Of a stretch of 64,000 nt of DNA, positions 13,201 to 27,975 are shown in pieces. The first letter of the stretch is position 1, and each line of letters opens with the position of its first letter. Origin of the DNA: Daphnia carinata (Eukaryota); NCBI RefSeq assembly GCF_022539665.2, contig NC_081333.1, positions 10,292,001 to 10,356,000 on the forward strand, read 5' to 3'. The translations under genes and the position numbers were made by a program. The notes beneath the pieces are model-generated. The model did not search any database. It was not told where the DNA came from and saw only the letters and a list, made by a program, of their open reading frames with translations.

Positions 13201-16200
13201 AGGAGAATATACGTATATGTACTTCAGCCGCGGGTGTCCTGTGTCACAGCAAGTCTCAGACCAGTTCGCTTCATCTTTAACTGTCATCGCCAGGCTTTCG
13301 TTTCAAAGAACACTGACAAGATCTACGAGAGTTCCATAAGAGATTCAGAATTAAATCCGCTTACTCAAACGTGGCAGGCCGGATACTTCGTCTACAGTTC
13401 TATTCGGCATGTCAGGTTCGAAAAAAAAATGGTTATATCAGTAGACCCTCCCTGACGAAAGGCACGCACTGGAATGTAAACTGATGGACGCCCAGGATCG
13501 TTTCTATATCAAATCCCTCAATTTAAGGAACAAGACGGGTAGCTCTATGACATTTTCTCGCCCTGTATGAAACACATTGTCAGGTTGTTGACATTGACCG
13601 ACAATGTCGTTCCAAGTCCATGGAAATCTTAAAAGAACCTCAGCCACCGTGACTGCTGCTCAAAACGGCAAAGTTTTATCCTTGCACTATTCAAAAGTAG
13701 TACTATGGAGATCATTGTGTCCCACGAAATGCTTGTAACACTGGACTATTTGAAGCAAAATTCCTCAATACAAACTACTTCAAACAACGAGTTTCGCCTT
13801 CGTAAGCAGCAGAACCGTCAAGATTAGTTAACTGACCATTCCTTCAGAACGGATGGGGCGTTTCCTGTGGAAAACGGCAGAAATAACCCAAAATGACATA
13901 AACATTGTCTTGGCAACCAAGCGTCAACCCTTTCTGTAATCCTATTTACTTATTCAAGCGCAACTCAACTGATTATTGCTACTGACTGATTCCGAAATGA
14001 TGCGCTATGGGCCAAGCAATATCGAAAATAAAAGGTTTCTTTAAAAGATCCAGTCTGGCTTCATACTTCGTGAAAAAAAACTATGTCATTTTAACGTATA
14101 AAAAATGGCCCAATAATCGTTCCTCAACCAGAAACTGGCTGACATTACAACGAGGCGTAACAATGTCTTCTGGCGGAAGAAACGAAGCACAAGGTCTTTC
14201 TACGCCCTTCATTCACTGAATACAATGATCCGCATATTATGAACTATAAAAAAAGAATAAAAACTTAAAGCTATCATAGGGGAAAATTGACGATATCTTC
14301 TCGAAACTCGTTTGGTCGTCAACCGGTGGTTGTTTTATATTGCTACGCAACGGGGGGTTGTGAAAAATCACGTCGTAATAACTATAAAAGAAGCGACTGA
14401 CGTAAGCTATTTATACATGTACATGCCTTTAGCATGTTTACTTTCGACGAACGACCATCTCGTTATTGAAAATTATAGAAGACGGGAAGGAAGCATAGAT
14501 TTTCTAAAATTGCTTAACGTATAATAAATCTAACTCTAGTATAACTAGCTTAGATGTAATGAACGAAAGGGAAAGATTTTTATTACCGGACATTTCAATA
14601 GCGGCTTCCGCCTGTCCATGGGGATTTTCGGCCCGGCAGGTGTAGATCCCCAAATCTGCGTCACGGACGCTCTTGAAGCGGAGCACGTGCTTCAGCCCGT
14701 TAGACATAACCAGTGTTCCAATTCGATTCGAAGGAAGGACTTCTAGATGCTTTCTTTCACCTTCACCGTTTCCGACACCTTCAACTGACCGGAACCACGT
14801 CACCTTTACATTTCGTGCAAAAAAAAGAAAAAACAATATAAAAAGGTAAACACACAAAAGAAAACTGACTGTGCTAAATTGCTATTCTGAGACTAAAGAT
14901 ATATGATTTCCGGTAGCTGCCAAGTGAAACCCCATCGCCATAAAAAAGAACGTCTAGGAAACCAATAGTTGTTGACTTGTTTGTGGTATATACGGATTTA
15001 CTACGAAAATATCTAATATCTTGTTCTTGTAAAAGTATTGGGCACCCACGCGTCATAATATAGGTAAACTTTTGGGTACATTGACTTTATCCCCCCCCCT
15101 ATGATTGTTAGGCTCTATGAAAAGTTAAGAAAGGGCTTTGGTTTATAGGGGCAGACCACCAGGAACCCTGCAAACTGCAAGGTAGGAAAACTAGTATTGA
15201 CGGTGTGAACTTTTACGTAAAAAATACAGCCCGAAACCGTAGGCTGCTGAATCTAATGAAAAGGATATGCACAACTACGGATTCTAAATGGCATTGTCTA
15301 TTAGCCTATACGGTCATTGGAATATTTTGTCCTGGATTTTGTTGTACCCACCTTACGCCCTTCTATCCCACTGCACATGAATCAAACAGAAAAAATATTA
15401 TAAAAGTGATACAAATAGCGAGCTACTTGGAAAAGGTGTTCCTTCATGTATCATTTTGGTTGAGAATGGGGGGGTAAATTAAATCGACTATAATTGGATG
15501 AGCATGCTTTAAATTGTTACCTGAGCCGCTGGTTGAGCGTACACCGTGCACGCAAGCTCAGTCAGCGCTCCCAATCCTGTATGAACCCAAGTGTGTTCTA
15601 CCGCAATCTCCGGAGCATCTTATTAACAATAATAAATATTCTTCGATTAATTACTAAATAGATCCAAAAATTTTAATTCAAATGATCCCTACGAGCAATC
15701 TCGACATTGAATGTAGCAGTTGCTGGGAGATCAACGCCGTTATCCGCCTGACACAAATAAATAAAAAAGAAAGACAAGTAAATGAGGCCCTTTATCTTTA
15801 CCAGCATGAACAATAACAATTACCTCGCAAATGTAAGAGCCGGCATCCAGTCTGCGGGCACCAACGATCCGATGAACGCTGGATACCTTCTGGTAAACAT
15901 CAACGATTGACTCTTCGGCGCTAAGCACTTTTCCCTTTCAAGTAGAATGGCATCGATTTAAATCATTTGGTTATGGTTATTACGATACTAAATGCTGATG
16001 AAATGAAGAAGAAATGTTACTTGATATTTCCATGTGACTGTAGGCAGAGGCCGTCCGCTGGCCATGCAGGTAAGGTCTAAATCGCTACCTTCTTGTAGTT
16101 GGTAGTGGGGTGAGTTGCCACCGTGATGGAGTAGTTCCTCGATGGCAGCAGGAACTGCGGTCCGCCGAGCACCCAATCATTGAACCACAACCACCCGATA

Positions 16201-18942
16201 ACAAGAGAGAAACAAGTGTACAATCATTAGATCTATAATTATAATCCTATATAGATGAGCACAAATTTAAAGTGATATAAAGCAGCACGATAAGACGTTG
16301 AAATAAAATGCCAATCTGATCCTTTATAGAATTGAACCTATGCCATTATTCCTCTCGGTTCCCTTAACTGATGTCATTACGTTGCTCGTGAATGTAATTG
16401 CTGTGCAGTTGTAAAACGGAATGAAGTACGTTTCTTGATCTACCGCAAAATTTCACGGTCCTTTACAATAAATAGCACAATAAAAAAAACGAGCCATCAA
16501 TGATGTAATCGTGCTTTTCATGGATTCGCGTGAAAAAGTTCAAACAATGCCACTATAGCGTGGCAGGATTAAAGATAATCAGATAACAGATGCCGTCGCA
16601 TGCCGGGGTAGTCTACCGTACATTCAGGAATAGCCTTCTGCGGTACAATTGATGGGAATTTGAGAAAGAAAAATATGTGGCCTATAGTAAACAGAAAAAG
16701 AGGTCATTCAGCTTTTAAAAAAATGGTAGACATGATGCCACTGAGCGTCATATCCGTTGGCATTAGCCAGACAGGCGACACAAGCTCACGGACGCACGAC
16801 CCCACCCTTCCTCTTTTCTTTTTCTGCTGATGCCGAAGCGCTCAGGGTCGGTGGAAATCACCAAATTGGAATGAAAATAAAAATCTCAAGGCCCATCCTG
16901 CTCGCTGCGATTTCAATCATTCTAGTCAGCAATGTTCTTTTGTTAGCTACCTATTAGGCACATGTTTTTTTTTTGGTCCAGTAGAATATGTCACATATTT
17001 GCCAAATGCGGTACCACCTTCGCAAAGGGATCCGGCTATGTTTGCTAGTTATGTTGCCACACCAGTGTGAAATAATTGTAATATAATTATGTAGTTACAT
17101 TATACGGACCTTCAACTTGGACGGAGTAGCTAGTTGTCCGTGGAGGGTGAGACTGGACGCTGCACGAGTAGTTTCCCTCGTCATCCTCGGCAACACGTTC
17201 AATGCTAAGAAGAGAAAGAACGTTACACGAGCATGACAGTGTGTACACAGGTTATTAAACGTAAATATGTTACTCGTGCAATACGGTCGAATGATATTTG
17301 CTTAGGTATAAAAAGGTATGCAAAATTACTCACAGGAGAGAGAAGTCACTCTGAATAATAAAACGAGATTGAAGGGCAGTCGAAGAACGGTCGGGCAGCA
17401 GAACGCCATTTTTACTCCAAGTGAAATACTCTAATATATCTGGTAAATGAAAGGGGGATTTAATAAAACGTACCAATTCAAAAGTATTTGTAAGTAACGA
17501 AGAGATCGAAAATCACCTTCGGCATCTGGTGGACTGCAAGGCAATTTCAAATTCGTTCCGACTAGAACTACCCTTCTGTAGGTGTCGTCGACGTCATTCT
17601 CTGATGCTAGTATGGGCCCTGCATTTACTGTAAATAATAACGAAAAAGATATTAGTGCTTGAAAACTGTTGTATACATACAAGAGAGGGTTGATTATGTT
17701 TCATTCTACAAACAACAAAAGCAAAATGAAAAACTTTGACGATCATTCATGTGGATACAATTGCGTTTCATGGCAGCATTTCCCCAAATGCCCGCAACAA
17801 ACACAAACATGTGAGTACGGCATGCAGCAGCTTTTACAGCTGTGTCAATTCGAGTTCCCCCGAATGGGCGTTGTCATTTTTTTTATACAGTATGTACCAA
17901 TAGTTCACTTTAGTTTTGGGATCAGAATATGTGTGTGCGGTATACACTCCATAGCTTGATTAGTAAATACTTAACGAGGAAGATTCAGAAGATCTCGACT
18001 ATGGTAATCGCCGAATGGCGCAGTAAGCGTATTACGTATGTGACTCATGCACGTACTGAACTTGCTGATTTCTAGCGTCACACTTGTTTAGATGTAACTT
18101 TTCGCCATTGTTCTTGTATCGTGGGAAATATTTTAAACTTATATCGGGTTTCTTGCTGACAATAATTTCAAAAGCTGCAGAATTATAAGGTTTTTGGTGT
18201 GGTTACGTAATGCTAAAAGTTGACATTGTTTTGGGGTTAACTCCCTGACAATTTCCACATAATGATACATTTCGGGAACTGAGAACACCGTAAAGATTTA
18301 GAAACTGTTAAACAAAATACAGAAAAAAAAGAAAGAAAAAAAAGAAAAGAACAATATACTAGAGCCTTCGTATGGTGCTATACACTGTAAAGGGCTAGTT
18401 TCAAGAGCGGAAACGCGCCTCATCCTTGATTCATGAGTAGGGGCCCTTCTTTCTGCCGATGCACTTCTGTGGGCTTATTTCTTTGACTCAGTATTATTCT
18501 CTCTCTTTGTGACCAAGACCTGTCAATTGGTCGTGGTGGTATTCAACAGACGAGAAGTGAGACAAAGAGAGAACAAGATAAGAATGATCGGTTCGACGCC
18601 GCTAATGGTGACCCTTCTCCCTAGTTTCTCTCTATATAAATCTAATCCTCTTAATTGAAGGCGCCATGCTTGGCCTCTCTCTGATGTATCGTGCCCATAA
18701 CATAATGTAATGTTGCCGAGCGGCGAGAATTAATGGAAGCCAATTCCAACTCTATCACAAAGTTCTCGAACGGCCTTAAAGAAACCAGATTTCTTCAAGT
18801 GACGCAATCTTCAACCAAGACAACTTCAAATAGCATCTCATTTGGACTAGAACAATGAAAATTAATACATCATACAAATGTGATACTTACCCAGTACTAG
18901 AAGCAGAACGCAGCTGAAGACGTAAGGATCAATGGAGAACAT
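10221..18942 (-). CDS. Immunoglobulin superfamily cell-surface protein (signal peptide, 3 Ig domains, FN3, Ser/Thr-rich stalk; lachesin/amalgam/DIP-like architecture)
   Basis: Phase-compatible GT-AG exons 18942-18891 (MFSIDPYVFSCVLLLVL), 17618-17517 (LKLPC), 17430-17334 (YFTWSKNG), 17204-17110 (DEGNYSC), 16154-16021 (LTCMASGRPLPTVTW), 15934-15824 (DAGSYICE), 15747-15693, 15618-15521 (ELACTVYAQP), 14803-14587 (DLGIYTCRAENPHG), 11134-10221 (LIW...YQVSVQSRNRFGWSAES, FN3). The 3' end is uncertain because of a possible donor CAG|GTGAAT at ~10229. Confidence 0.85.
10490..10621 (-). repeat. Coding tandem repeats (15-bp x~4 TASP[LS]; 18-bp x3 SSPY[FP][IS]) in a mucin-like stalk
   Basis: gctgtc(g/a)aagggct units at 10562-10621 and ggactgga...aa units at ~10495-10546, visible in the sequence and its translation. 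Confidence 0.75.
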
Positions 18943-21645
18943 TGCGTAAAAACGAAGAGTTTTATCCAAAACACTGAACGGTTTTCGATGCACTTATTCT
19001 TGATGATGGTTTTGCACTGTCGCACGTTGCACTCTCGTTGAACGGCCAAATGATGCCCCAAAAGAATGGCGTTCAATCTATGGACAGCATTGAAAGGAGG
19101 ATGATTATGTATCACTACTTCCTCCGCCGTATGGACCAAATCCAAAAAAAAAAGGGGGAAAGAAAACACACGAGTGCACGAAGTATGCAGAGCAAGTGTT
19201 CACTACTTGGTTAGAAGAGATAGAGTAATATGCTACCTCGCACGACAGTCGCCACTGTTGCAATGAATCAGTACTGGTGGCAGCAACCGGTCTTCTCCCT
19301 TTCCTGCTCACTCCCCATATACGAGTACGAGAGGTAGGTTTGAAAAGGGAAATGGGAGGAATTGAGAGAAGACGGGAATGACTCTATGGACAGAAAGTGA
19401 TAGACCGGCTATCCCAATTATGATACGGCCGTCGCATCTACTCGTTTGCAACATCAGGCAGACGCCAATTTGCTGTTTTCGCCGTCTTTGATGAGTAACA
19501 ACGGACCCTGAAATTGACAAAGTTTATGGTAAGCCGTTTGTTTTACGGGAGTATAGGTCCGGGTCAATAAATCAACGTATGGCAATCGAAAAAAAACTTA
19601 TCAATTTCCACGAAAATCAGATTCTGAAAAAAAAAATTGTTATTAGATTTACATAGTGTTTTTGTAAAAATGTACAATTATTCGCTTTTTTCCCTGAAGG
19701 AAGAGAGAAATAGGCATTGGCAACCAACAATTGAATATAAAAATAAACAAAGTTAAGGCAAATTACCATTATTGCTCCTTGAAATTTCGGTTGGGTTTTC
19801 ATCACAGAAATTGTTTGCCAATGGCCCTCTAGCGGGAATTTTTCTATTGAAAAACCATGCTTCAAATTTTTCTTTCGTTCATCTCACTATACTATGGTCA
19901 TCAAAACAGCTGGGATATTCTCGAATTTTAAGCCTTGCATTGACTCAGTAATAAATAATGCAATTGCAATGTGCACAGTTTGGTAGCTCAGATCATTAGT
20001 TACCGAATTGTGTAAATCTTGGCCAACTTTGTACATGTTTTACCATAGAACAAATGTCTTTAAAACTGTTTCAATTTCTTCATTCTCCTCTACAATTCTT
20101 GAATTTGTCTTGTTTTGCAGCGCCATGGCGTTGACAACTATAGCCGAGCAAAATAGTAGAGACGTTAGTTTGGCCTCGTTGCGTTTAATTCGCACAAGTC
20201 TCAGATAAGACATGAAAAAAAAAAATCTTTTTCTGTCCTTCCTTGAAGAAATTTGCCCATGATGTGCAATGCTCATACTGCCAATGTGCGATTTCCTTTC
20301 TACATATTGAAGAATCACAAGACGCCAGATCTGTGGCACAGCTCCAACTGAAAGTAATGGCGGTACTTACCCGACGACCGGCTGAGTTGTCGTCCTGTCA
20401 ATCATCAACTTCTTGTGATGCCAATCTAATGCATTTAAATGATACGTTCAAGGTTGTTGCAAATGTATGTGCGATAATTGCCTCTATTTTTCTGTTTAAT
20501 GTGCATAAGGGTTTTAAAATTGTCTTTATTCTGATCTGAATTATCTGTAATGTATTTAAAAATACTGGGCAACATAGGATCGTATTGCCATCACTCTAAT
20601 ATTAGCATTATACATTATGTTAAATGAACCCTTTGGGAATGCGTGGTAAGGTTGCTTACACTTGTTTAGCTCTTTCAGTGAGTGATGGTGTTCAGTTCGT
20701 CGAAATAAATGTCTTTTAAAAGTAAACTATATGAACGAAACCATCGAAATTTACCTTCTAAAAGCTACTGGTGGAGAACTAGAGATACTGATCAATTAAA
20801 ACATTGAAGAAAAGTCATGAAGTCCTGATAGAAAACTGATAAATTTCAAAATGGGCTTCAGCCAAAAAAGGACGTGTCGGACAGCCATTATTAATAAGTA
20901 AGAATTGACAACGTTGGCAACACCTGTAAGATACGGTTCAGTTTAATTAGGCTTCCCATTTGCAGAAGGCTATATATTTTAAACCGTGACAACAGAACCC
21001 TTGCAATCCGCGGTGGAAATTGGTAGGCTAAAGTATGAAACAAAAAAGCACTTACAGCTAAAGCCAAAGTACGGCATGACACAGGTAACTTTCCTCAACG
21101 AATGATTTCCAGATATTATTAAATGAAATATTATCCAGAAACACCCTGTTTTGCTTTTAGCCGAAAAAAATGTTAATAATGGTAACTGATTAATTCATCC
21201 TTATTCGTTTTGTGCGAAGTTAACTAACCTCAAAAGGTAAAATCATTTGCCACAATTAGGCTAATGATGGTTCACATTCCGCACGGAGTTACTAGTTTTA
21301 GTCGAAAAAGTTTTATTTTCGCGTTTTAGGCAACATTCCCTTCATTGGGTGCGTCAGCTTGACAATAGTACGTTATTGTGATGAATTCACCTTATAATAT
21401 TGAATTTTGGAATCTTCCATGGTTGTTGACGACATACGTAGTACGCACAATCACGATTTAAAAAATCGTACAGCACCATCTTTGTTCCTTAGTCGATTGA
21501 TGATTGGTCAGTGATAACAGGGAAATCGATGATAGCTGTGTGTATAGGTATATAAATTCTGTTGAGTTATTGTTATCATACACTGAGTCGTGTAGTGAGT
21601 GCAATTACTATTAGGCTTGTGTCGGTTTTGATCGTAACGGGAAAA

Positions 21646-24368
21646 ATGGGCATAAATTGTACGAAAAGCCCGAAAGTAAAACCTCAACATAAAAATCAAC
21701 AGGTAGAAAGTGGGACACCAGCTGCTCAGTCTGGTTCACTTCCTAGAGAAGCTGATTCTGAAAGAAAACCAACAGGTAATCTCTATGCTTGGATCTATAT
21801 ATAACTTTTTCTTTATTCTCATAGATTGTGTGAAACAAATTTTCCAGTGAATGATTATGTGATTGTTGGATTTTCAAAGATACAGGAAAAGATGCCAAAG
21901 AAAATTCTAAACCAACATTGGAGGGTGATGAGGATGAAGAAATTAAAGAATACATGCTATGCCAGTCTGAAGATTTACATGAAAATGAGTAAAAAAAAGA
22001 ATATGTACAGTCAGTCCATAATTTTTTTCACTTTTGTTTCTTGGTTTCAGGATGAAAGTGTTTGAAGCTGGTGAAAAGCAAGTATTAGTTGTGAAGGAAA
22101 ATGGGAAGGTTTATGCAATGGGGGCAAAATGCACCCATTTTGGTGCCCCATTGAATTCAGGTTGTGTGTTTACAAAGTAATTTGATCTGTAATGATGGCT
22201 TCTGACATACTACATTTTTAAAACAATAAATAGGCATATTTTGTAAAGGAAAAGTTTATTGCCCTTGGCATGGGGCATGCTTTAACTCCAAAACAGGTAT
22301 AGGCATATCATATTTTGTTTTGTTGTTTTGCCACATATTGAATTCAAAAATGCATTTTTCCTACCATTTTGATGGTTTGTTATGTGAATGGTGACAACAT
22401 TAGGTGACATTGAAGAATTCCCAGCTTTGGATCCCATACCTGTGTATCCTGTTAATATTGATCCAACTACCAATGAGGTTAAAGTCACTTTAAGAAACAA
22501 TAGCCACCTTAACAGTCAGGGTGCAACAAAGACACTCTGTAAGGCTTCTGAAGACAACAATAAAATGGTTGTCATTATTGGATCAGGTAGAAGCTTGATC
22601 AATATATTTGCCTTCATATTAATTCTTTTTTACTGTTTCACCAAGCCAAGAGAAACTTATGAGGCATAACAAAATAAAATATTTTTTAAAAAATAGGTGC
22701 GGCTGGTCATAGTTGTGCCGAAACCCTCAGACAAGAAGGATTCAGCGGAAGAGTTATTATCGTGACTAAGGATGAAGCTCTACCTTATGATCGTACCAAG
22801 CTGAGCAAAGCAATGAATTTGGAAGCAAATAAGCTTTCTTTGAGATCCCATGAATATTATTCGGTACTAATATTATTACTTTTTTTTTTTTTTTTTTTAC
22901 GTTTTACGCAAATTTTGAATTAGACACTGTTTTGATTAAAGAAAAATAATTTTACATTTCTAGAAAGGCGATATCGAATTCGTCCTTAACGTCAGCGTTC
23001 AAGGCGTGGACGTGGAAGCTAAATCAGTACTTCTAAGCAATGGTGACATTTTAAAATATACTTATTTGGTTATTGCGACTGGAGGAAGGTAATTAGTTCA
23101 ATCTGAAGTTTATTGTACTGTCTCAGGGTCTAAATCCAACAATCCTTAACAGACCAAGGCCTATACCCTGCCCAGGAACCCATCTAGGAAATATTTTTCT
23201 ACTTAGGACACCTAACGATGCAAACCAAATCGACGCATTTGCAAACAATAAAGAAGTATTTAAAAAAATTGACGTAAGCTGTAACGTATTTTCCATATAC
23301 CATTATTTTATTTACGACCAGGTTCATGTCGTGATTGTCGGAACGTCCTTTATCGGAATGGAGGTTGCTGCTTATCTAGTAGACAAAGCAGCGTCTGTCA
23401 CGGTGGTGGGAAGGAGTTCCACTCCATTTATTCATGTTTTCGGTAATTAAATGATTAATGCCAGTACGGTTACGTAATTAAAATGTATAATGTTAAATTA
23501 AGTAATTTTCCGTTTTATCTCTCCAAAATATGTTAAAATTCAGGACCGTTGATTGGTAAGAGACTGCAACAGTTCCATGAAGAGAAAGGTGTTAAGTTCA
23601 TAATGGATGCTGAAGTGGGGGAACTGCTCGGAAATGAGGAAGGCAACTTAACGGAAGTGTGTCTGACATCCGGTCGCGTTTTAAAGGCTGATATACTTGT
23701 TGCTGGACTAGGAGTTTTACCCAGTACAGATTTCCTACGAGATTCTGAAATTATTCTCGATAGTAGAGGATTCGTACCAGTTGACGAAGTATAGTTCCTT
23801 ATTTGCTCGGTGCAATCTCTATCTAGATCTTGACGAGAAATTTTTCTTTTAGCGCTTGAGAACCAATTGTTCGGATGTTTATGCTGTCGGCGATATTGCG
23901 TCGTTTCCTTTGCGAGCAAAAGAAGAGTGTGACGCTAGAAAACTCGTAAATATTGGTCATTGGCAGATGGCGCTTCATCATGGCCGTACTGCAGGTAATG
24001 CGACATCCGATAACGACTGTTGAAATTTTTCTCATTTAATGTGTTTCACAGCGCTCACTATTTTGGGGCTATCGCAACCCATAAACGAAACAACGGTCCC
24101 TTTTTTCTGGTCGTCTATGTTCGGAAAAAGCGTGCGCTATTGTGGCTACGCACCAGATTTTGATGATGTAATAGTGCATGGTGACATAGATAACCTTAAA
24201 TTTGCCGCTTTTCTTTGCGATAAGGAAACAGTACTAGCTGTTGTTACTATGAACTGTGATCCGTTGGCAATCCAGTTTGCTGCTTTGTTAAGACAGCAGA
24301 AAAGTCTACTGAAGTCGGAAGTTATCAATGATCCACAAAGCTGGACAACCATGTTACAGGAACCATGA
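21646..24368 (+). CDS. AIFM3: Apoptosis-inducing factor 3-like (Rieske [2Fe-2S] + pyridine nucleotide-disulfide oxidoreductase)
   Basis: MGINCTK start; Rieske motifs KCTHFGAPL and CPWHGACFN; FAD/NAD motifs VVIIGSGAAG, PYDRTKLSK, ATGG, VGTSFIGMEVA, YAVGDIA, HWQMA, VPFFWS; multi-exon with GT-AG introns. Confidence 0.93.
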
Positions 24369-24450
24369 ATTAATTCAATTGAGAATTTTAAAATTATTTG
24401 AAAAAAATTTTATGTTTTATTCACTAAATACAAATGACATTGATGTTGAT

Positions 24451-24924
24451 TCAATCCCATTTATTTGTAACAATTAGTGCACCTCCAAGGTGCTCCTCAA
24501 GAGTTACATGTGGTCGGTAAGGCCTTGCTTGCTTTTCTTTTACTTTTTCAGTTAGCCACTTCTCATGTTTTCCCAACTCCCTTGAAAATCCCTTTTCTTC
24601 TTCCTGGAAGTATAGTTGAAATTAATAAACATAATCTACGACTCTAAAATTAAAAATTGATAAATAAGCATGGTTCCTACATGTGTTAAAAAGGAGTGTC
24701 TCAGATAAAACATGTTTTGCTCTTCAATGGCAAACCTTTTTCGTAATCTTTCCGCATTCTCTTCGTTATGCTTGTATACCATTCGATGTTTCCTACCAGA
24801 GTAAGACAAGTTATTGTAGTGCACATTTTTCTTCGCGAGGTAATCAAGGGTTCTATTACCCGGTCCAGATGTTCCCAGGAGGTAATTTTTTTCTGAAGCC
24901 ACACAGTATGCTTGATAATCGCAT
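24451..24924 (-). CDS. MRPL57: Mitochondrial ribosomal protein mL63 (MRP63)
   Basis: Three exons give MRLSSILCGFRKKLPPGNIWTG|KHRMVY...FAIEEQNMFYLRHSFLTH|EEEKG...PHVTLEEHLGGALIVTNKWD*. This matches the mL63 pattern (PG..WxGKHR...IE.eN...L..p.lT.E.E.G...L.V...W). Confidence 0.85.
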
Positions 24925-25395
24925 TTTACTATTGTACCAATATTCGTAAATTTATCAAGTAAAAAATTCGAATAATTTGAAAGTATTCTAATAACAATGA
25001 TGTAATCGATCGACTATAAGCAAGTCTAAGGCACTATCCGTTCTTCTGCTAAGAGGAACGCAGTTGCCGACACATAATCATATACCCACAAACTTAAAAT
25101 GTTTTATTGTTCAGTGTTACATTTTGTAATAAATATTTTTTAAACAAAAATTAAGTTTTTCATAATCCTTTTGTCTTATCGAATTTTTTTTTTTCACAAA
25201 GCCTATTGCGCAACACTATAAGTTTCATAACAAGACGAATGACATGCATGTTAATGCAAGTTGATGCTTAGCTTAGACCGTTGTTTGCGTCAATGCAATC
25301 CAGTTGTTTTTAAAATGCTGCTTAAATTTTTGGCAAGGAATCGCTGGCTTATGGGTAAATTTTCGCTAAAACCTGGTGATTCCCTGATAGAAGAG

Positions 25396-27307
25396 ATGAT
25401 TCTATGTCGCAATTTATTGCAAGCTGTCGGTTCCAATCGCTATGGCCAGTTACATAAGTACAGTACATTGACAAATATTGGTGGTAAATATAGAAATTAC
25501 CTATTAGGCATGGAGCCATTAATGTATTAATAATTTTTTTCAGAAAAAATCACTGCTAGCAAACTTGAAGAGGAAGGAAGGCCATTGTACTTAGACGCAC
25601 AAGCCACAACCCCAGTTGTGAGTAAAACTCTTTTGTTTCATTTAAAAATGAATATGCTACATATTTATGCGCTTAGGATCCAAGGGTACTAGATGCAATG
25701 CTACCATATATGACAAATTATTATGGAAATCCACATTCAAGGACCCATTCCTATGGATGGGAAAGCGAAAAAGCTGTTGAACAAGCTCGTGAGGTATGTT
25801 ACTATAGTATATGTACATGTTGCTTTTGAACTAAATTTTAAAATCCATGTAGCAAGTTGCAAGGCTAATTAATGCTGACCCAAAAGAAATAATTTTTACA
25901 TCTGGAGCCACTGAAAGCAACAACATAGCAGTTAAAGGTGTTGCAAGGTTCTACAAAATGAAAAAGAATCATATAATCACTACCCAGACGGTGTGTATTT
26001 TTATATATTTTTTTAAAACTAGTTTGTAAATATAATTATGTGCTACCTGGTTTTAGGAACATAAATGTGTCCTGGATTCCTGTCGTGTTCTTGAAGGAGA
26101 AGGATTTGAAGTAACTTACCTACCTGTCCTCCCCAGTGGTTTAATTGATCTAAACAGCCTTCAGAGTGCCATTAGGCCGACGACTGTGTTGGTCTCGGTA
26201 ATGGGCGTAAATAACGAAATTGGAGTTCAACAGCCATTGGCAGAAATAGGTAAGAAGTTGCATACAAAGAAGACAATACTCCCATTTGCTCTTATATTTT
26301 GTTTATTTAATAGGTGCCATTTGTCGAAAGGCGAAAGTCTTTTTCCACTGTGACGCAGCTCAGGCTGTAGGTAAAATTCCTATGGATGTTGAGGCGATGT
26401 CGGTTGATCTTATGTCCATCAGTGGACATAAGCTTTATGGCCCAAAAGGTTTCTTAATTTGAAATGGCCTTAAGAATTTCTGAATGGAACCTTCACACGT
26501 TGCTTCTTCTCTTTGAATGAACATAGGTGTTGGTGCCCTCTACGTAAGACGTAGGCCGCGGGTCAGAATTGAAGCTTTGCAAAGCGGAGGTGGCCAGGAG
26601 CGAGGTTTGCGTAGTGGAACGGTTCCGACACCCCTGACAGTTGGTCTGGGTGCTGCTTGTGATATTGCTAAGGAAGAACTTCAGGTAGTGTTAATCGTCA
26701 TAATCTTTGCAATTATTTTGTATGGGTTGTTATAAAGAAAATCAATCGTTAGTATGATCATAACAGAATCACAAAACTGTCACATCGCCTGGTCGACCAG
26801 ATAAGTAAAAGTTTAACTCATGTTATACGAAACGGAGATCCTGAACACTCCTATCCAGGTTGTGTTAACCTGTCGTTTGCCTATGTTGAGGGTGAAAGTC
26901 TTTTGATGGCCTTAAAAGGTATCATTTAACATAAAATGCGTTATAAATTATCCATAACTCGTTTTTGTAATACTATAGATGTGGCACTATCAAGTGGAAG
27001 CGCTTGCACTTCAGCCTCGTTAGAACCCTCCTACGTTTTGCGCGCTATTGGGGCTGAAGAGGATTTAGCACATTCTTCTATTCGATTTGGAATTGGAAGG
27101 TTTACTACCGAAGCTGAAGTTGATTACACTGCGCAAAGGTGTATACATCAAGTTTCGAAACTTCGTGAAATGAGGTAGGTGTTAACTAGGTTTATGCTTC
27201 TAATTAGCTATCCAAATAACAAAAAAAATTTCTCATTTGTTAGTCCTTTGTGGGAAATGGTCCAAGAAGGAATTGATTTGAAGAGTATCAAATGGACGCA
27301 GCATTAA
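25396..27307 (+). CDS. NFS1: Mitochondrial cysteine desulfurase (intact copy)
   Basis: Transit-peptide-like exon 1; [54 protein letters not shown] (PLP Lys), [29 protein letters not shown] (catalytic Cys), C-terminal IKWTQH*. No disruptions seen. Confidence 0.96.
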
Positions 27308-27975
27308 TTTTTTTTGTTCACTTACGAACATTAAAGACATTCATGTTTATCTTCGTCCTTGTAAAATAAAGGCTCGGAAATATATACTGAAGACTGTAGT
27401 TAAGTATAATCTTTCTGATTGTGTATGGATTTATGACACCACTGGAAAATAGTGGAATATAGTGATTTATCCGTATAGTTATATTCTTTCCTTGGATAGA
27501 AATGCGTTACGGAGAATGCAATTCACTGACAGATTGGCGAGATCATTGATGTTGAAGTTTTGCTGTTGAGGTTCATCCTCTATCCGCTATCAATTTATTT
27601 TTACCAACAAAAACTTACGGGTATCGAAGAGTGTCACACAGCTCGATGATTAGCTGCCTGCATCCATGAAACCTAGTGGCTATGGGGAATCTTGCGTAAT
27701 CCGATTATAATAAGTTTAAAATAGAATTTACGATGCCTATTTTACTTTGAGACTTTGGTCTCATTTTGGTCGGGTAGGGTATGGTGCCGTCAGCCTTACC
27801 TGAATCGCACAGGTAAGTTTTGACACAGACAAGGAACAACGTAATGAAACATGAACGTAAGATCGTCAAGTGGGTTTCTTTACATGTAAACATTTAGTTT
27901 TCAATTTCTAAATGTTAAAATATTGAAATATTATACAAAAAGTAAAAATATTTTGCATTGATTGATGTTAGGGGG

